A stretch of DNA of 64,000 nt from Octopus sinensis (Eukaryota): assembly GCF_006345805.1 (NCBI RefSeq), contig NC_043011.1:67530464-67594463 (forward strand), read 5' to 3'. Position numbers and translations under genes: made by a program. Numbering within the stretch: the first letter of the stretch is position 1; each line of letters begins with the position of its first letter. Of this stretch, positions 39,562 to 51,680 are shown one piece after another. The notes beneath the pieces are model-generated. The model was not told the DNA's origin. It made no database searches and saw nothing but the letters and a program-made list of their open reading frames with translations.

Positions 39562-40149
39562 CTGAAAGAGTAAAAGAAAATGTGGTATTTGTATGTAAAT
39601 TATATATTAAGCATGGCTATGTTAACCAGAAACTTAAGATCAAAGTTAATATCGATAGCAATCATAGGTTACTGAATATGTTGAAGGAAAAAGTAAAGTT
39701 ATTAAATATCAATGGTATTCCCATAAAGCTGCAGAGAAAAGGGAAATACTTAGAGCAAACTGGAGGCAGAGCCTATATCTGTTGTATTTGTATCCCCTTC
39801 CTGTGCAGAAGTATCAGTCACACATCTGAGACAATACTTCAAATGTATTTATTCAAATCCTGAACAGTAATTTATAAAAAGGCAGAAAATCCTATGATAG
39901 TCCTTCACTCGTTCTTAAACTACTTTTCAATTAATTATATAACATCTATTTCTCTCTCCCACATTCTGTATCTCTCTCTCTCTCTCTCTGTTTCTCCCTC
40001 ATTCTGTCTACTTATACCTCTCTATATATACTATATCTTCACTACAATAATAATCCTCATAGGCAGTTATCCTGCATTTATTTTCATAAACTACATTACC
40101 ATCAACCCTCTGTCAAATCTGTCCCTTTAGCTCCTAACTTCATTATAAT

Positions 40150-40365
40150 AATCCTTTCTACTAAAGGCTCAAGACCTGAAATTTCAGCGTGAGGGGACTA
40201 GTCAATTACATCAACCCTGGTGTTTCCCTAGTACCTAATTTATGGACCCCGAAAGGATAAAAGGCAAAGTCAGCCTCGGCAGAGTTTGAACTTAGAACGT
40301 AATAGCAGATGAAATACCATGAAGCCTTTTGCCCAGTATGCTAATGATTCTGCCATTTCGCCTCC
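40150..40365 (-). mobile_element. SINE family B copy
   Basis: Family B motifs on the minus strand. Confidence 0.75.
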
Positions 40366-42519
40366 TTTCACTTCACTACAACAATACACTTTATACACAA
40401 CCCTTCACTCACATGTATTCAATGTATTCATTTCACATGGCTCCAGCTGCCAAGGAGTAGCCCCATGGAGGAAACATGTGAGATTGGTCACTTGGATGCC
40501 ATGGAAATTGGGAAAACTGGGTGTTTTGGGGCTCGAAAAAAAATGTAGAGGAGAAAATAACATACAAAAAGACTACAAAAATATTCAGAAATAGTCTGTG
40601 GCTACAACAGGGAGTCTAAAGAAGTATGATGCAAATGAGTATACAAGAAATTGCTCTATAATCTGTAAATGGAATAGAAAAGATCAGATAATAATATTAA
40701 AAATGTAAAAGAAATGGCATATTATAATCTACAAGTGAAAATATTATGAAGTCTGCAACAATACTACAAAGGTTTAAGCAAAAAGGCCAAAAATAGTTTA
40801 GAAAAATGCAGAGGAAACTGTTAAAGAAAGACCAAAATAACATTATGGAATGGTCAAGAAATAGAGTAGAAATAGATCCCCAAGGGAATATCTCTAAAAA
40901 ATGGTCTTCAAAAAGAGACATTGGAACACAAGGATTCTTCAAACAAAATGGAAATAGTCCCCAAAATTATGTCAAAGGTGTCTAGAAAATAAATCTAAAT
41001 TTTACAAAAATATGGTGTAGCAAAAGATAATAAGAAAGGAAATCAAAACCTACCCAGGTACCATCTGGAGTGAAATGATCACGAATGTATCTAACAGCAT
41101 GCTGTTCAATTATACCATCACCACTGAATGCAGGGTACGCAGATGTATATCGTTTACAAAGTTCAAATACTGCACCAAGCTGGAAGGAGACAGAAAAAAG
41201 ATAACGATTGCACTAGAAGCAGATCAACAAAAAAAGGGACGCCATCCAGTGAGAGATGAATATCATTTAATATACACAAAAACAAAAGAACTGCTTGGAC
41301 ATTAAATTGGCAGACTTATATAATATGCCATGTATCTCAAAGTAATCTTTTGGATTCATTTCATAAGGTCAGATGCATCTACAAACCATGATGCTGGTAT
41401 ATGAGTAAAAACTACAACAAAAAATTCAAAGTAAGTTGATGCAAAAAGTGGAACAAGAAGAAAGGAAAAAAAAGAAAGAAAACTAAAATATGGAAAGCAA
41501 AATCTTCATCATCTTTGGCTGTAGAATGCACACTTAATGTAACTGTTGCAAAATAATATAACAGAAAGGGGGTCAAAGTCTGTGAGATAGCTTCTGAATC
41601 TGGAACGGGTGGCGTCCTCCTGTTCGGCAAAAGAAACTTGTCCATGTGTTTGCATTTACTATTATTTTGCTTATAAAATTGAATTTACAGCAATATTCCA
41701 AGACAACATAACTAAGAAGAAATATTATATAAGTATAGGTTTTATTTGTACGTATGAGTGCGCAGACATATATTTAAATATGTATATATGTGTGTGCGAA
41801 TGTTCCCTGATACAGTATATGAGAGTGTATTAATATTTATGAGTATATGCGGATGTGCGTGTGAGTGTGTGTGTTAGTGTATAGACACTGCTGCCTGTAC
41901 TGATTTGTCTATAAGCCATGCGATGAAAGACATGCACTCTGCAATCTAGTGAATGTGTAGGGATGTGTTGGTGTGTATTCATGTGTGTGTGCATGTGTGT
42001 GTGGGTTTTTATGTGGACGTGTGGGTTTAGGGTTGGATGTGGATGTGTATGTTTTTCTTGTGCGGTGTGGTGGAGGTCGGGCGGCTCTCAACAGACCAAC
42101 CATGAGGAAGACAATGATAATTTAAATTCAAATCCAATAATGTATTTATGTCATAAGGAAAATTACTAACTGGAACCCGGACATACATATGTGCCACTTC
42201 GGATCCTAATGTAAGCGTTATTAATAATATTATGAATGATAATAATGGTAGCATAAATGGTATTGATAACGATAATGATGCTAACTTTAATGACACTTTG
42301 GAAATTAGTAGGAAGTAATATAATGTACTATTGGCTATGTATATTTGCATCTAGGTACTAATATGTGTATGTTTATTATCACAATATTAAGTTGAAGAAC
42401 TGAAACGTTGAATGTGGAACATATGTTTACTAATTTATATTATTTATTTACATTATTATGTATATGTATATTTTTATATGTATAGGAGTGTGAGTATATG
42501 CACTCATATGTATATGTAT

Positions 42520-42596
42520 ATCTCCGAGGAGGCCTTATGATATTTTTGTAAATGTCTGAGACATACCTATCTACATGGCCGAAACAGCTGTAAGAT
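42520..42596 (+). ncRNA. Minimal hammerhead motif in a PLE pLTR (about 42100-42800)
   Basis: ATCT-CCGAGGA-GGCC...GGCC-GAAAC-AGCT-GTA-AGAT: 4-bp stems I and II, palindromic stem III, GUA triplet, U4C variant. Confidence 0.72.
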
Positions 42597-43039
42597 GTAA
42601 TCTATACTTATATTTGTATTTACTTATATGTATATTCTCTTTTTCATATATATTCTACTTATTATACAACATTACTCTTTTATGTACACTTTTTTATGTA
42701 CATTCCTTTATGTACACTGATTTGTTCTGCTTTTTATATCTAACCCTACAGTCTTTTATGTGGTGGTTCAATAAAGTATGTGATTGAGTATTATCTGGTA
42801 ATTGATATTTGATTTAGATATATTTCTCCATTTTCTTATCTTGTATTAGTAATTTGTGGTAAATCATTTTACCTTTGCCCATATAATACAGTAAATGAAT
42901 TGATTGCATCGCAATCCTTAACATTTATGTATTAACTTTGTTGGGTACTTCACTAGCAGTATATTGGATATATGTTATCCCATAGAGGGTTGCATTTACA
43001 ACCCCTATCTCAATTTGTATATATATCTATATGCATATA

Positions 43040-44400
43040 GATGGTTTTCTGTATTGCATTCAGAAACTGCAGATATGGTGTTTACATCCATTATCGAATC
43101 TCTGGCAGCATGTTTAATATCAGGTGCTTTGCTGCAAAAACAAAGGTATTTACCTCTATCATAAGAGACCTTTTGTATGCAGATGATTGTGAGCTAGTAG
43201 CACACACAGATTGATATGCAACACATTTTGAATGCATTCTCTGATGCTTGCACTGCTTTAGGACTGACAGTCAGTCTTATGAAAATTGTTGTCATGCCCC
43301 AGGTAAGAAGTATAGTGTACCAAATATCTATGTGTATGGTAAACGACTTGATGTAGTTGATCAGTTTGTCTACCTGGGAAGCACTGTTAAGAGATATAGC
43401 AATTTGGATGATGAAATTCCATACAGAATTAGGAAAGCAAGTGTTGCTTTCGGAAGGCTAGAAAGGCGCCTCTGGTGTCGGCGAGACATATGCAGAAAGA
43501 CAAAGATAAAGGTGTACAAGGCATGTGTGCTCCCTTCTCTTCTCTATGCCTGCGAGACGTGGGTCACATATCGATAGCACCTTAAACAACTGGAACGTTT
43601 CCATCAGATGTCCCTCAGACGGATCTATGGCATTGAGTGGGAGGACCATATCAGTGATCTTGAAATATTGGAAGGCTTTCAGTGTGAAAGTATAGAAGCT
43701 CTTGTGTTAAAGCAAAGGCTCAGATGAAGTGGTCATCTGATCAGGATGAAGGATTCGAGGATGCCAAAACAACTCTTTTATGGAGAGTTAGCTAAAGGAG
43801 AACGACCCCCACATAGACGAAAAGGACTTACTGAAGGCTTTCTTAAGAGATGCTTGCATCTCTCCTGACACATGGGAGGGCATAGCTATTGATCGTAGCA
43901 GGTGGAGAAGGATTGTGCACGAGGGGACGGCCACGTTTGAGAAATCTCGAGTTGCACATGAGAAAGTAAGGAGGGAATTCAGGAAGGGCATCGCTGTTAC
44001 ACTTCCAGATGGGAAGGGTCTTCTCATGATTCTGACATGCAATGTCTGTGCAAGACCCTGCCTCAGTAAAGCTGGACTCATGAGTCATCTTCGTAGTCAT
44101 AAAAAGAGATAGATGAGTGACAACCTGGCCACTGGTGGTGGTGTAACACACCATGCTAATCATATCTGTTGGGCATGTGGAAGAGAGTGTAATTCGGCAG
44201 GAGGACTTAAACGACATGCAAAGGTACATGAAGCCCAATTACAACTACAGCAGGCTATTTGCCAGTAACGGTTTTAGCTGCCAATTCTGTACAAGACATT
44301 GTAGATCTTTAGCTGGGCTAAAAAGTCACATTTGATCACAGCACCAGTAACAGCTAAGCTTCGTGCAATGGCCATACTCGTTAACGAGGGGGTAGCCATT
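43040..44400 (+). mobile_element. RTE/BovB-like LINE 3' fragment, degraded
   Basis: DLLYADDCELVAH, YLGSTVKRYSNLDDEIPYRIRKASVAFGRL, LLYACETW, C2H2-like CNVCARPCLSKAGLMSHLRSH and an RTE-type 3' end. Confidence 0.92.
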
Positions 44401-44414
44401 ATATATATGGATAT

Positions 44415-44520
<106 letters not shown>

Positions 44521-45288
44521 TGATAGATAGTTATAGATAGATAGATATATGTATATGTATATATCTATATATATTGAGGTGTTTGTATATACTTTAGCGT
44601 TTCAATATTACATTAGATAAAAATGTGGCATGTTATCCATCACCCCAACTTAGATTTCTTGGCAGCTCTCATCCCCTCCTTCTTCATCTGGCTGCAATTT
44701 GCTGTTTCATTGTGAAAGAAATCTCACATGTGAGACTGTGATCAATTCAGTCATTCATTTTGCTTGCTACCAAGAATGAAATATCAAACCTTTAGCTGGA
44801 TGTTACAGATTTTTCTCTCCTTCTCCTAAATATGTAATATACTTGTTTGCATGTTAAGGCACTTTCTCGGTGACTTAACTGTTCTCATCACTATCTTTTT
44901 CATCACTATGATTTTACACCACCAGCAGAAACTTAACAGATATCATGACATCTTTGACCATTTTCGTGAACACTATGACGGCAGAATTAAACCCTTGGCT
45001 AATATGAGAAATCATTCGCTTTCCATCTACAAGCTATTTAAGCAAATTTCCTGAATTATTTTAGCCTGGTAATTATGGTCGCTGATCACATCATATTGTC
45101 CACTGTCAGGTATAAATCTTAAAAGTTATTAATTTGAGTAAAGGCCTTTTTGAAGATTTGGATAATGGAATCTGCTGACAAGGTTTTCCATTATTAGCGA
45201 AATATAGTTAAGATGGCGGAATTAAGGAATTTATGAAACCACACACCTGTTTTATTTTCTCTCACTCTGTTTCTGGCTCTGTTACTAA

Positions 45289-45324
<36 letters not shown>

Positions 45325-45367
45325 ATATATATATACATATATATATATCTTACTCTCTTTCTCCCTT

Positions 45368-45442
<75 letters not shown>

Positions 45443-45946
45443 TCAATATCAGGGTAGCAAAAAATTCAAGAGAACTTTTTCGCCACCAGCGGTCCAGTGA
45501 GAAATATATTTCCTCATGGATATATATTTCCCTGGCCTCTTTGCTGACGAGACAGGCCAGTGGCAAATGGATTTAATTTAATTTAATTAAATCGGTTTGC
45601 CAATATGTATGTCGAAACTATGCATAGTCCAAAGATGATAAGGGTAAATGTTTTTATTTTCCTTTGGTTTCTGAATTACAACTATTTAGCGGTTTGAGTT
45701 TAGCTGCTCTTTCTAGTGGGTCGAATGGCTTATCAAGGCCATACCTTAATATTTTTGAATGTATAGTATATATATATTTAAATAATGAGGGTGATAAATT
45801 GAATATTAATTTAATTAATATCAATTTAAAACCAGTAGCCTAGCATATAAAAAATCTGAAAAATCAGAAAAAATTTCAATACATGTGTATAATTAGGGAT
45901 AACCATGATTAATTCTTGATTTTTATATAATTTTCATCTGTCTTAC

Positions 45947-46044
45947 CTGCTTATGTTCTGGTGTTTGCTGAATTTCTCCAGAGAACATTCTTTTCTTTGT
46001 AGTTAGATTGTATGTGATCTTCTTCTAGCATATTTGTTATCCAC
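45947..46044 (-). other. Candidate downstream exon of the BH3 gene (frame unresolved)
   Basis: Strong donor CAG|GTAAGA at 45946 and weak acceptor cctctAG. All three frames contain a stop from this acceptor. An internal acceptor (gctAG) gives an open phase 0-0 exon, KKITYNLTTKKRMFSGEIQQTPEHKQ. Confidence 0.4.
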
Positions 46045-46083
46045 CTAGAGGTTATCCCTAATTATACACGTATACATATATAT

Positions 46084-46115
<32 letters not shown>

Positions 46116-46607
46116 GTATATAGATAGACAGAGAGATAGATAGATAGATAGAGATGGATGGATGGACAATATATGTGTGTGTGTGTGTGGTAAGCATGTA
46201 TGTATAAAGAAAGCATCTAAATATGTGCGTGCTGTTCCAGCAAACTTCAGTGAGTGTGTGTGTGTGTGTGTGTGAGTGTGGGTGTGTGTGCATGCAGGCG
46301 CGTATGTTTGTGTACGAGTGAATAACTTAGTGTGTATAATTGTTATTTCGATTTAAATAGCATCAATTTAGATTGTATGTATATAAATTTAAGGATTAAA
46401 AAAGACAAGAAGAGATCCTACACAGTGTAACTGAAATACAGCATTTTATGTATCCATAGAACATCCTAAAATTCTAAAAGAACACACGGGCAACAAATAT
46501 GAAGTTTAAATTAAAATAAATTAATTTAGAATAGAACATAAATGAGGATGTTATCTTTTTTTGTGTTGTGAGACTAAAATTAAAAAAAGAGAAGGGATTA
46601 TTTTTAC

Positions 46608-46828
46608 CTGTAGAATTGGTGTTTGAATGTTTGATAACAAATTCTCAGCTGCTAAACGGAAGGTACCATATTGATTCAAATTAGAATCGTGTTGATGAAA
46701 AGCATTGTCGATCTCTGAACCATAACCTCTTTCTAATTCATCTGCAATTGTCCTTAAATTTTCTGCAACACCATCTATTATATCTCCTGTATCCCTTCCA
46801 CCTTGTAATTCCACTTGATGATATTTTA
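46608..46828 (-). CDS. Coding exon 3 of the Bcl-2-family gene, with BH3 motif DIIDGVAENLRTIADELERGY
   Basis: Acceptor cttttgctctAG, donor CAG|GTAAAA, 221 nt, phase 1 in and phase 0 out. L-x3-(A/G)-D-E BH3 pattern at 46731-46757. Confidence 0.85.
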
Positions 46829-46984
46829 CTAGAGCAAAAGATGCACAAAATTCATTCAAGTCAACAGAAATGTTTTGTAAAGAGGAAAGAAAATGCACAA
46901 TTTCCAGTGTTGCAATTTATTCCGAAACATTTTATTGCAATCAACTTACCTCTAATATTACTTCATGTTGAGTCTACTATTAGT

Positions 46985-47390
46985 CATACACGTGGCACAC
47001 TCGTGGCACATACTTGTGACACATGGTCGGTCACGAAAATGAGGGTTCCAGTTGATCTGATCAACAGAACAGCCGGCTTATGAAATTAACATATAAGTGG
47101 CCCTTAGTGTGCCCTTAATGTAGTTCTTGGGGAGATTCAGCGTGACACAGGGTGTGACAAGGCTGGCACTTTGCAACGCAGGTACAACAGAAACAGGAAG
47201 AAAGAGTGAGAGAAAGTTGTGGTGAAAGAGTGCAGGAGGGTTTGCCACCGCCCTCTGCCGGAAGCTCATGAAGCTATAGGTGTTTTCATTCAATAAACAC
47301 TTACAACGCCCGGTCTGGTAATCGAAACAGCAATCCTATGGCCACAAGTCCACTGCCCTAACCACTGGCCCATGGCACCTCCACAGTCAA
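46985..47390 (-). mobile_element. tRNA-headed SINE (family C-like head, different tail)
   Basis: Head GCCAGTGGTTAGGGCAGTGGAC...GTTTCGATTACCAGACCGGGCGTTG on the minus strand. Confidence 0.65.
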
Positions 47391-47919
47391 CATACTACAT
47401 CTTAACTGAAGGCTAACAGCTACACAGTACACTTGTACATGATATTGACTATTTTTCCTGAGAAATGAAACTGGTAATAGTGTACATTGGAACATACAGT
47501 AATGTGTTTTGAAACTATTTGATTGTAAGAAAATATTTTGGAATAATTTCAATAATTACAGTACAAAAGGAATTAATCTAGGATGACTTTGAAGTTGAGG
47601 CATCCTTCATCATTGAGTAAGAAGGTTGTCAATGTCCGCTTTTTCTCACCTACTGTTACCCCAAGACAACCATCAATGTAGCCAACTGTTGTGCCTCACT
47701 TATTAATCACACACCTGCTTTCAGCAACATAGCCTTGGTATGAGAAATTTATCCCTTCTCACAGTCCATCCACCACGTGACTACTCCAATACACGTCACT
47801 CAGCATCTTCCATTTCTCTATTCATGTTTGCTAATTCTCACATCATTTCTGAATACCTCTCTTCCATCAGATATGTCTGTACCCATGGCAACTTTCTGGT
47901 TTACAATTCTTTCACCTAT

Positions 47920-48140
47920 TTCTTTACTACTCACAAGGGGCTAAACACAGAGAGAACAAAGAAGGACAGACAAACAGATTAAGCTGATTATATCGACCCC
48001 AGTGCGTAACTGGTACTTATTTAATCAACCCCGAAAGGATGAAAAGCAAAGTCGACCTTGGCGGAATTTGAACTCAGAACATAGCGGCAGATGAAATACT
48101 GCTAAGCATTTCGCCCGGCGTGCTAACAACTCTGCCAGCT
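47920..48140 (-). mobile_element. SINE family B, near full length
   Basis: Head GTTAGCACGCCGGGCGAAATGCTTAGC, B box, central domain and tail. Confidence 0.85.
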
Positions 48141-48479
48141 AACCACCTTAAAATTCTTTCACCTGTTATCACACTGTTCCCGGGTATTTTACTTGTTCCT
48201 ACCACCATCAATACATTAATCTTCATATTCACTTAGAATGGGTCCAGACCAAAATTTCAATTCATAGATAACTCCATTTGTTTTCTCAAAACATAATGGC
48301 TTTCAGCATCTTTCTGTGAATTAGCATTTCTATGAAAAAACCGGTCAGCTAATATCCAATTACAGTCGGTGCCGGTACCATTACAAGGGAAAGACTTATC
48401 GCACGATAGTGTTGTAGATGGTCTGTAATTGTAAATGAAATGGAATGGCCAAATATAATGTCTTTGATCATATGGCCTT

Positions 48480-49925
48480 CAGATTTGGGATTACATAGAC
48501 AGTACTTTACGTAGGATATGGGCAGTTCCCATGAGCACTAGCTTTTGAATTTCTGTCATTCGGGGGTTTCCTAGTAGCTGAGCTAGGTAGCAATCAGCCC
48601 CTTTTGCTACCATTCCTAGGGCACCTATGACAACAGGTATTGTTTTAGTCTTGTGTTTCCACATTTTGCCAATTTCTGTTTCAAGATCTTTATACTTGCT
48701 TAGTTTTTGGTAGGGCTTAAAAAATACATTTATATCAACTGGGACAGTCATATCAATGAGGAGGCATGATTTTTGTCTGAAGTCTTTCAATATGATGTCT
48801 AACCTATTCACATCTGTCTTCCTGACAGTTGAACGGTGAAGTTCCTGTGGAGTGAGATGTAATCATTTTCAAGCACTGGAAGTGGTTTGTTTCCCACCAG
48901 TTTTTATCATGGGGCAGGTCCAAGTTTTTGCAAATTACCCAGTGAATTCACTGTGCTGCTCAATCATGCCCGTTGGGATATGCTGTAGGCGCAATAAGAC
49001 TGCACATGGAGACAACATGATCAATGGTTTCATTTTGTTGTTTACAGACACAACATGCTGGGCAACTGCTGTTCTTTAATATTTTGACCTGGTAGTTCCT
49101 TGATCTTGAATTGCTATGATAAATTATTATTATTATTATTCTATGTTTGACTTTTGCTTTATGTCTGTACAAGTTGGCTCCAAGTCTCACCCAGAGACCT
49201 CAAGAGACAACAGGTTGGAAGTTCTGTGCATTATATTAGGGGGGGGGGTGTTGTACTAGTGAATGTCTAATACATAAAAATAAAATTAAAAAAAAAAATT
49301 TTTTAAATAAAAAAAGTTTGTTTTAAACCTTGGGATTACATAGAGAGTATTTTGCGTAGGATATGAGCAGTTCCCATGAGCACTATCTTTTGAATTTCTG
49401 CCATTTTGGGGTTTCATGGTATCAGAGTTACATAGCAATCAGTCCCTTTCGTTATCATTCCCAGGGCACCTATGACAACAGGTATCGTTTTAGTCTTCAG
49501 CTTCCACATTTTGCTGATTTCTATTTCAAGATCTTTATATTTGCTCAATTTTTGGTAAGTCTTGACAGATACGTTTATATCGATTGGGACAGTCATATCA
49601 ATGAGGAGGCATGTTCTTTGTCTGAAGTCTTTCAATACGATGTCTGGCCTATTTGCATCTATCTTCCTGTCAGTTTGAATGGTGAAGTTCCAGAGGAGTG
49701 AGATGTGGTCATTTTCAAGCACTGCAGGTGGATTGTGTTCCCACCAGTTTTTTTCATGGGGCAAATCCAGGTTTTTGCAAATTACCCAGTGAATATATTG
49801 TGCAGCTCTATCATGCCTATTGAGGTACTCTGTAGGCGCTAGAAGACTGCATTTGGAGACAACATGATCAATGGTTTCATTTTGTTTTCGGCATACACAT
49901 GTTAGGCTACTGCCGTTCTTTAATA
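48480..49925 (-). mobile_element. Two head-to-tail R4/Dong-like REL-endonuclease fragments separated by (AAT)n
   Basis: Each copy has C..C...ETIDHVVS.C, RHD, NRPDIVLKD, LLIDMTVP and IPVVIGALG. Copies at 48480-49100 and 49141-49950. Confidence 0.88.
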
Positions 49926-49953
49926 TGTTGGCCTGGTAGTTTCTTGTTTCTTG

Positions 49954-50000
<47 letters not shown>

Positions 50001-51474
50001 TATTATTATTGAGTGAGAGAGCAGTGCATGCCATCAAAGTGACTCTGGGGTAAAATATACAAAGCCCAGTATACCCATCATGACTACCCGTCTGATAAGG
50101 GTGCACTAAGTACATGCATCACAACCATATGTGCGTAGCATGATGATCTCATATCAAGATAAACAGCACATAACTTTGCAGGTGGGGTCCAGTTAGAATT
50201 TCCCGCTCAAAATGTCCCTGAATAAGGGTTGTTTAAGGATGTTGAACGAAACACCCATGTTTCCAGAGGTGAATTATTCAAACCCCAAAGAATCCCTCTC
50301 AATACATGGCTATGATGCTCACCCACTACTTCTGCTCGTGATCAGAGATGCATATATCATCAGCCACTAATGGACATGCTCAACTGGTTACGGTCAAACT
50401 TCTTCTTCTTTTCTTCTTGGCATTCTATTCCAATCTCTTTCAGCCATTTGTCTATATAGCTTTGCTTACTGTTCTCGTACTTTCAGGGTCAATAAAATAA
50501 GTACCAGTTGAGCATCAATTGCATCAGAGAATTTCAGTAGCCTAGTTCCCTCCTCAATACAAGAACCAAATTTGTTGCCTCCATGCATGCCATAAAAGCC
50601 AGCTGGTTGCTGTCCAACATCCCCATTGAAGTCACAAGCCAGAAAGAGAAGGTCTCTGTCATTCGCTGATGAGATTTTTTTTCTATTCATCAGGCAGGAA
50701 ATCTTGGCTGAGGGGCCGAGATAATGTTAGCTCTTCCATGTTGCAACACTAGTCTAAGCTTGAGTATTCTATCACTCACTCTGACTACATCGATTACCTT
50801 ATCAACCCATTTCTCAGCTAGCGGAATGCCCACGCCCCCAAAACCATCACTGTTGCCTACCTAGAAGATTTTATACCTATGCTCTTACCCTGTGAGGAAC
50901 CTAGTAGAACCTTCTCTCCACCTTTGTTCTTGGATGCAATGCACATCTACATGCCTCCATTCAAGCATTTCAACAATCGCGCTAGACCTACCTTTCAATG
51001 TGCCCACATTGAGAGTGTGGAATGTGTAGGCTGGGGAGACACATGGATGGGAGTAGTACCTTAATCAATGTATACTGATTGAATAAATGATTCACAGTTT
51101 TAATTATCGTCCCTGAAATTGTGAGTTTGATTAATGCTGAAGTAGAATATTGGGAGACAGTGAAACAGATAGAAACAATAAATAAAATAATTGTGACTTA
51201 ATATATTGTGCATGCGTACACGTTCAGAGTTCAAATGTCGATTATATTAACTTTGCCTTTCATCCTTCTAGCATCGATAAAATTAAGAACCAGTCAACTA
51301 TCATGGTGAAAGGTATCGACTATGACCCCACCCCAAAAGAACTGTGCCTACATTAGAAAATATATATTTTGTAGCCTCTAGAAGAATTGCAGTTGTGCCT
51401 ACATTAAAGGTAACTAATATTAAAGATAATTAACAAAGGAAACCAACATTAAAAGGTAACTAAACACCACTTAC

Positions 51475-51584
51475 TAGACCCAGCACTTAGGGCGAGGGCT
51501 CTGGGGTAGGTTTTCTTAGGTACTTGTAAATATTTCTGCAAGAGTTCTTCAACATTATTAATAATATCAGCTGGTTGCAAGCCC
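51475..51584 (-). CDS. Coding exon 2 of the Bcl-2-family gene, GLQPADIINNVEELLQKYLQVPKKTYPRALALSAGS (BH4/alpha1-like helix)
   Basis: Acceptor atctatttcAG, donor A|GTAAGT, 110 nt, open frame. Phase 2 in and phase 1 out, matching both neighbouring exons. Unique sequence among repeats. Confidence 0.8.
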
Positions 51585-51633
51585 CTGAAATAGATATGTA
51601 TACAAGGAAAATTATAGAAACATAGATTGATAA

Positions 51634-51680
<47 letters not shown>

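Noticed and set aside
40420-41330. A-rich stretch resembling a decayed LINE
   Set aside because: I could not recover diagnostic motifs, so it is left unannotated.
41412-41645. ORF MDKFLLPNRR... as a terminal exon or transposase start
   Set aside because: Acceptor and frames are ambiguous, there is no recognisable domain and the tail is low-complexity.
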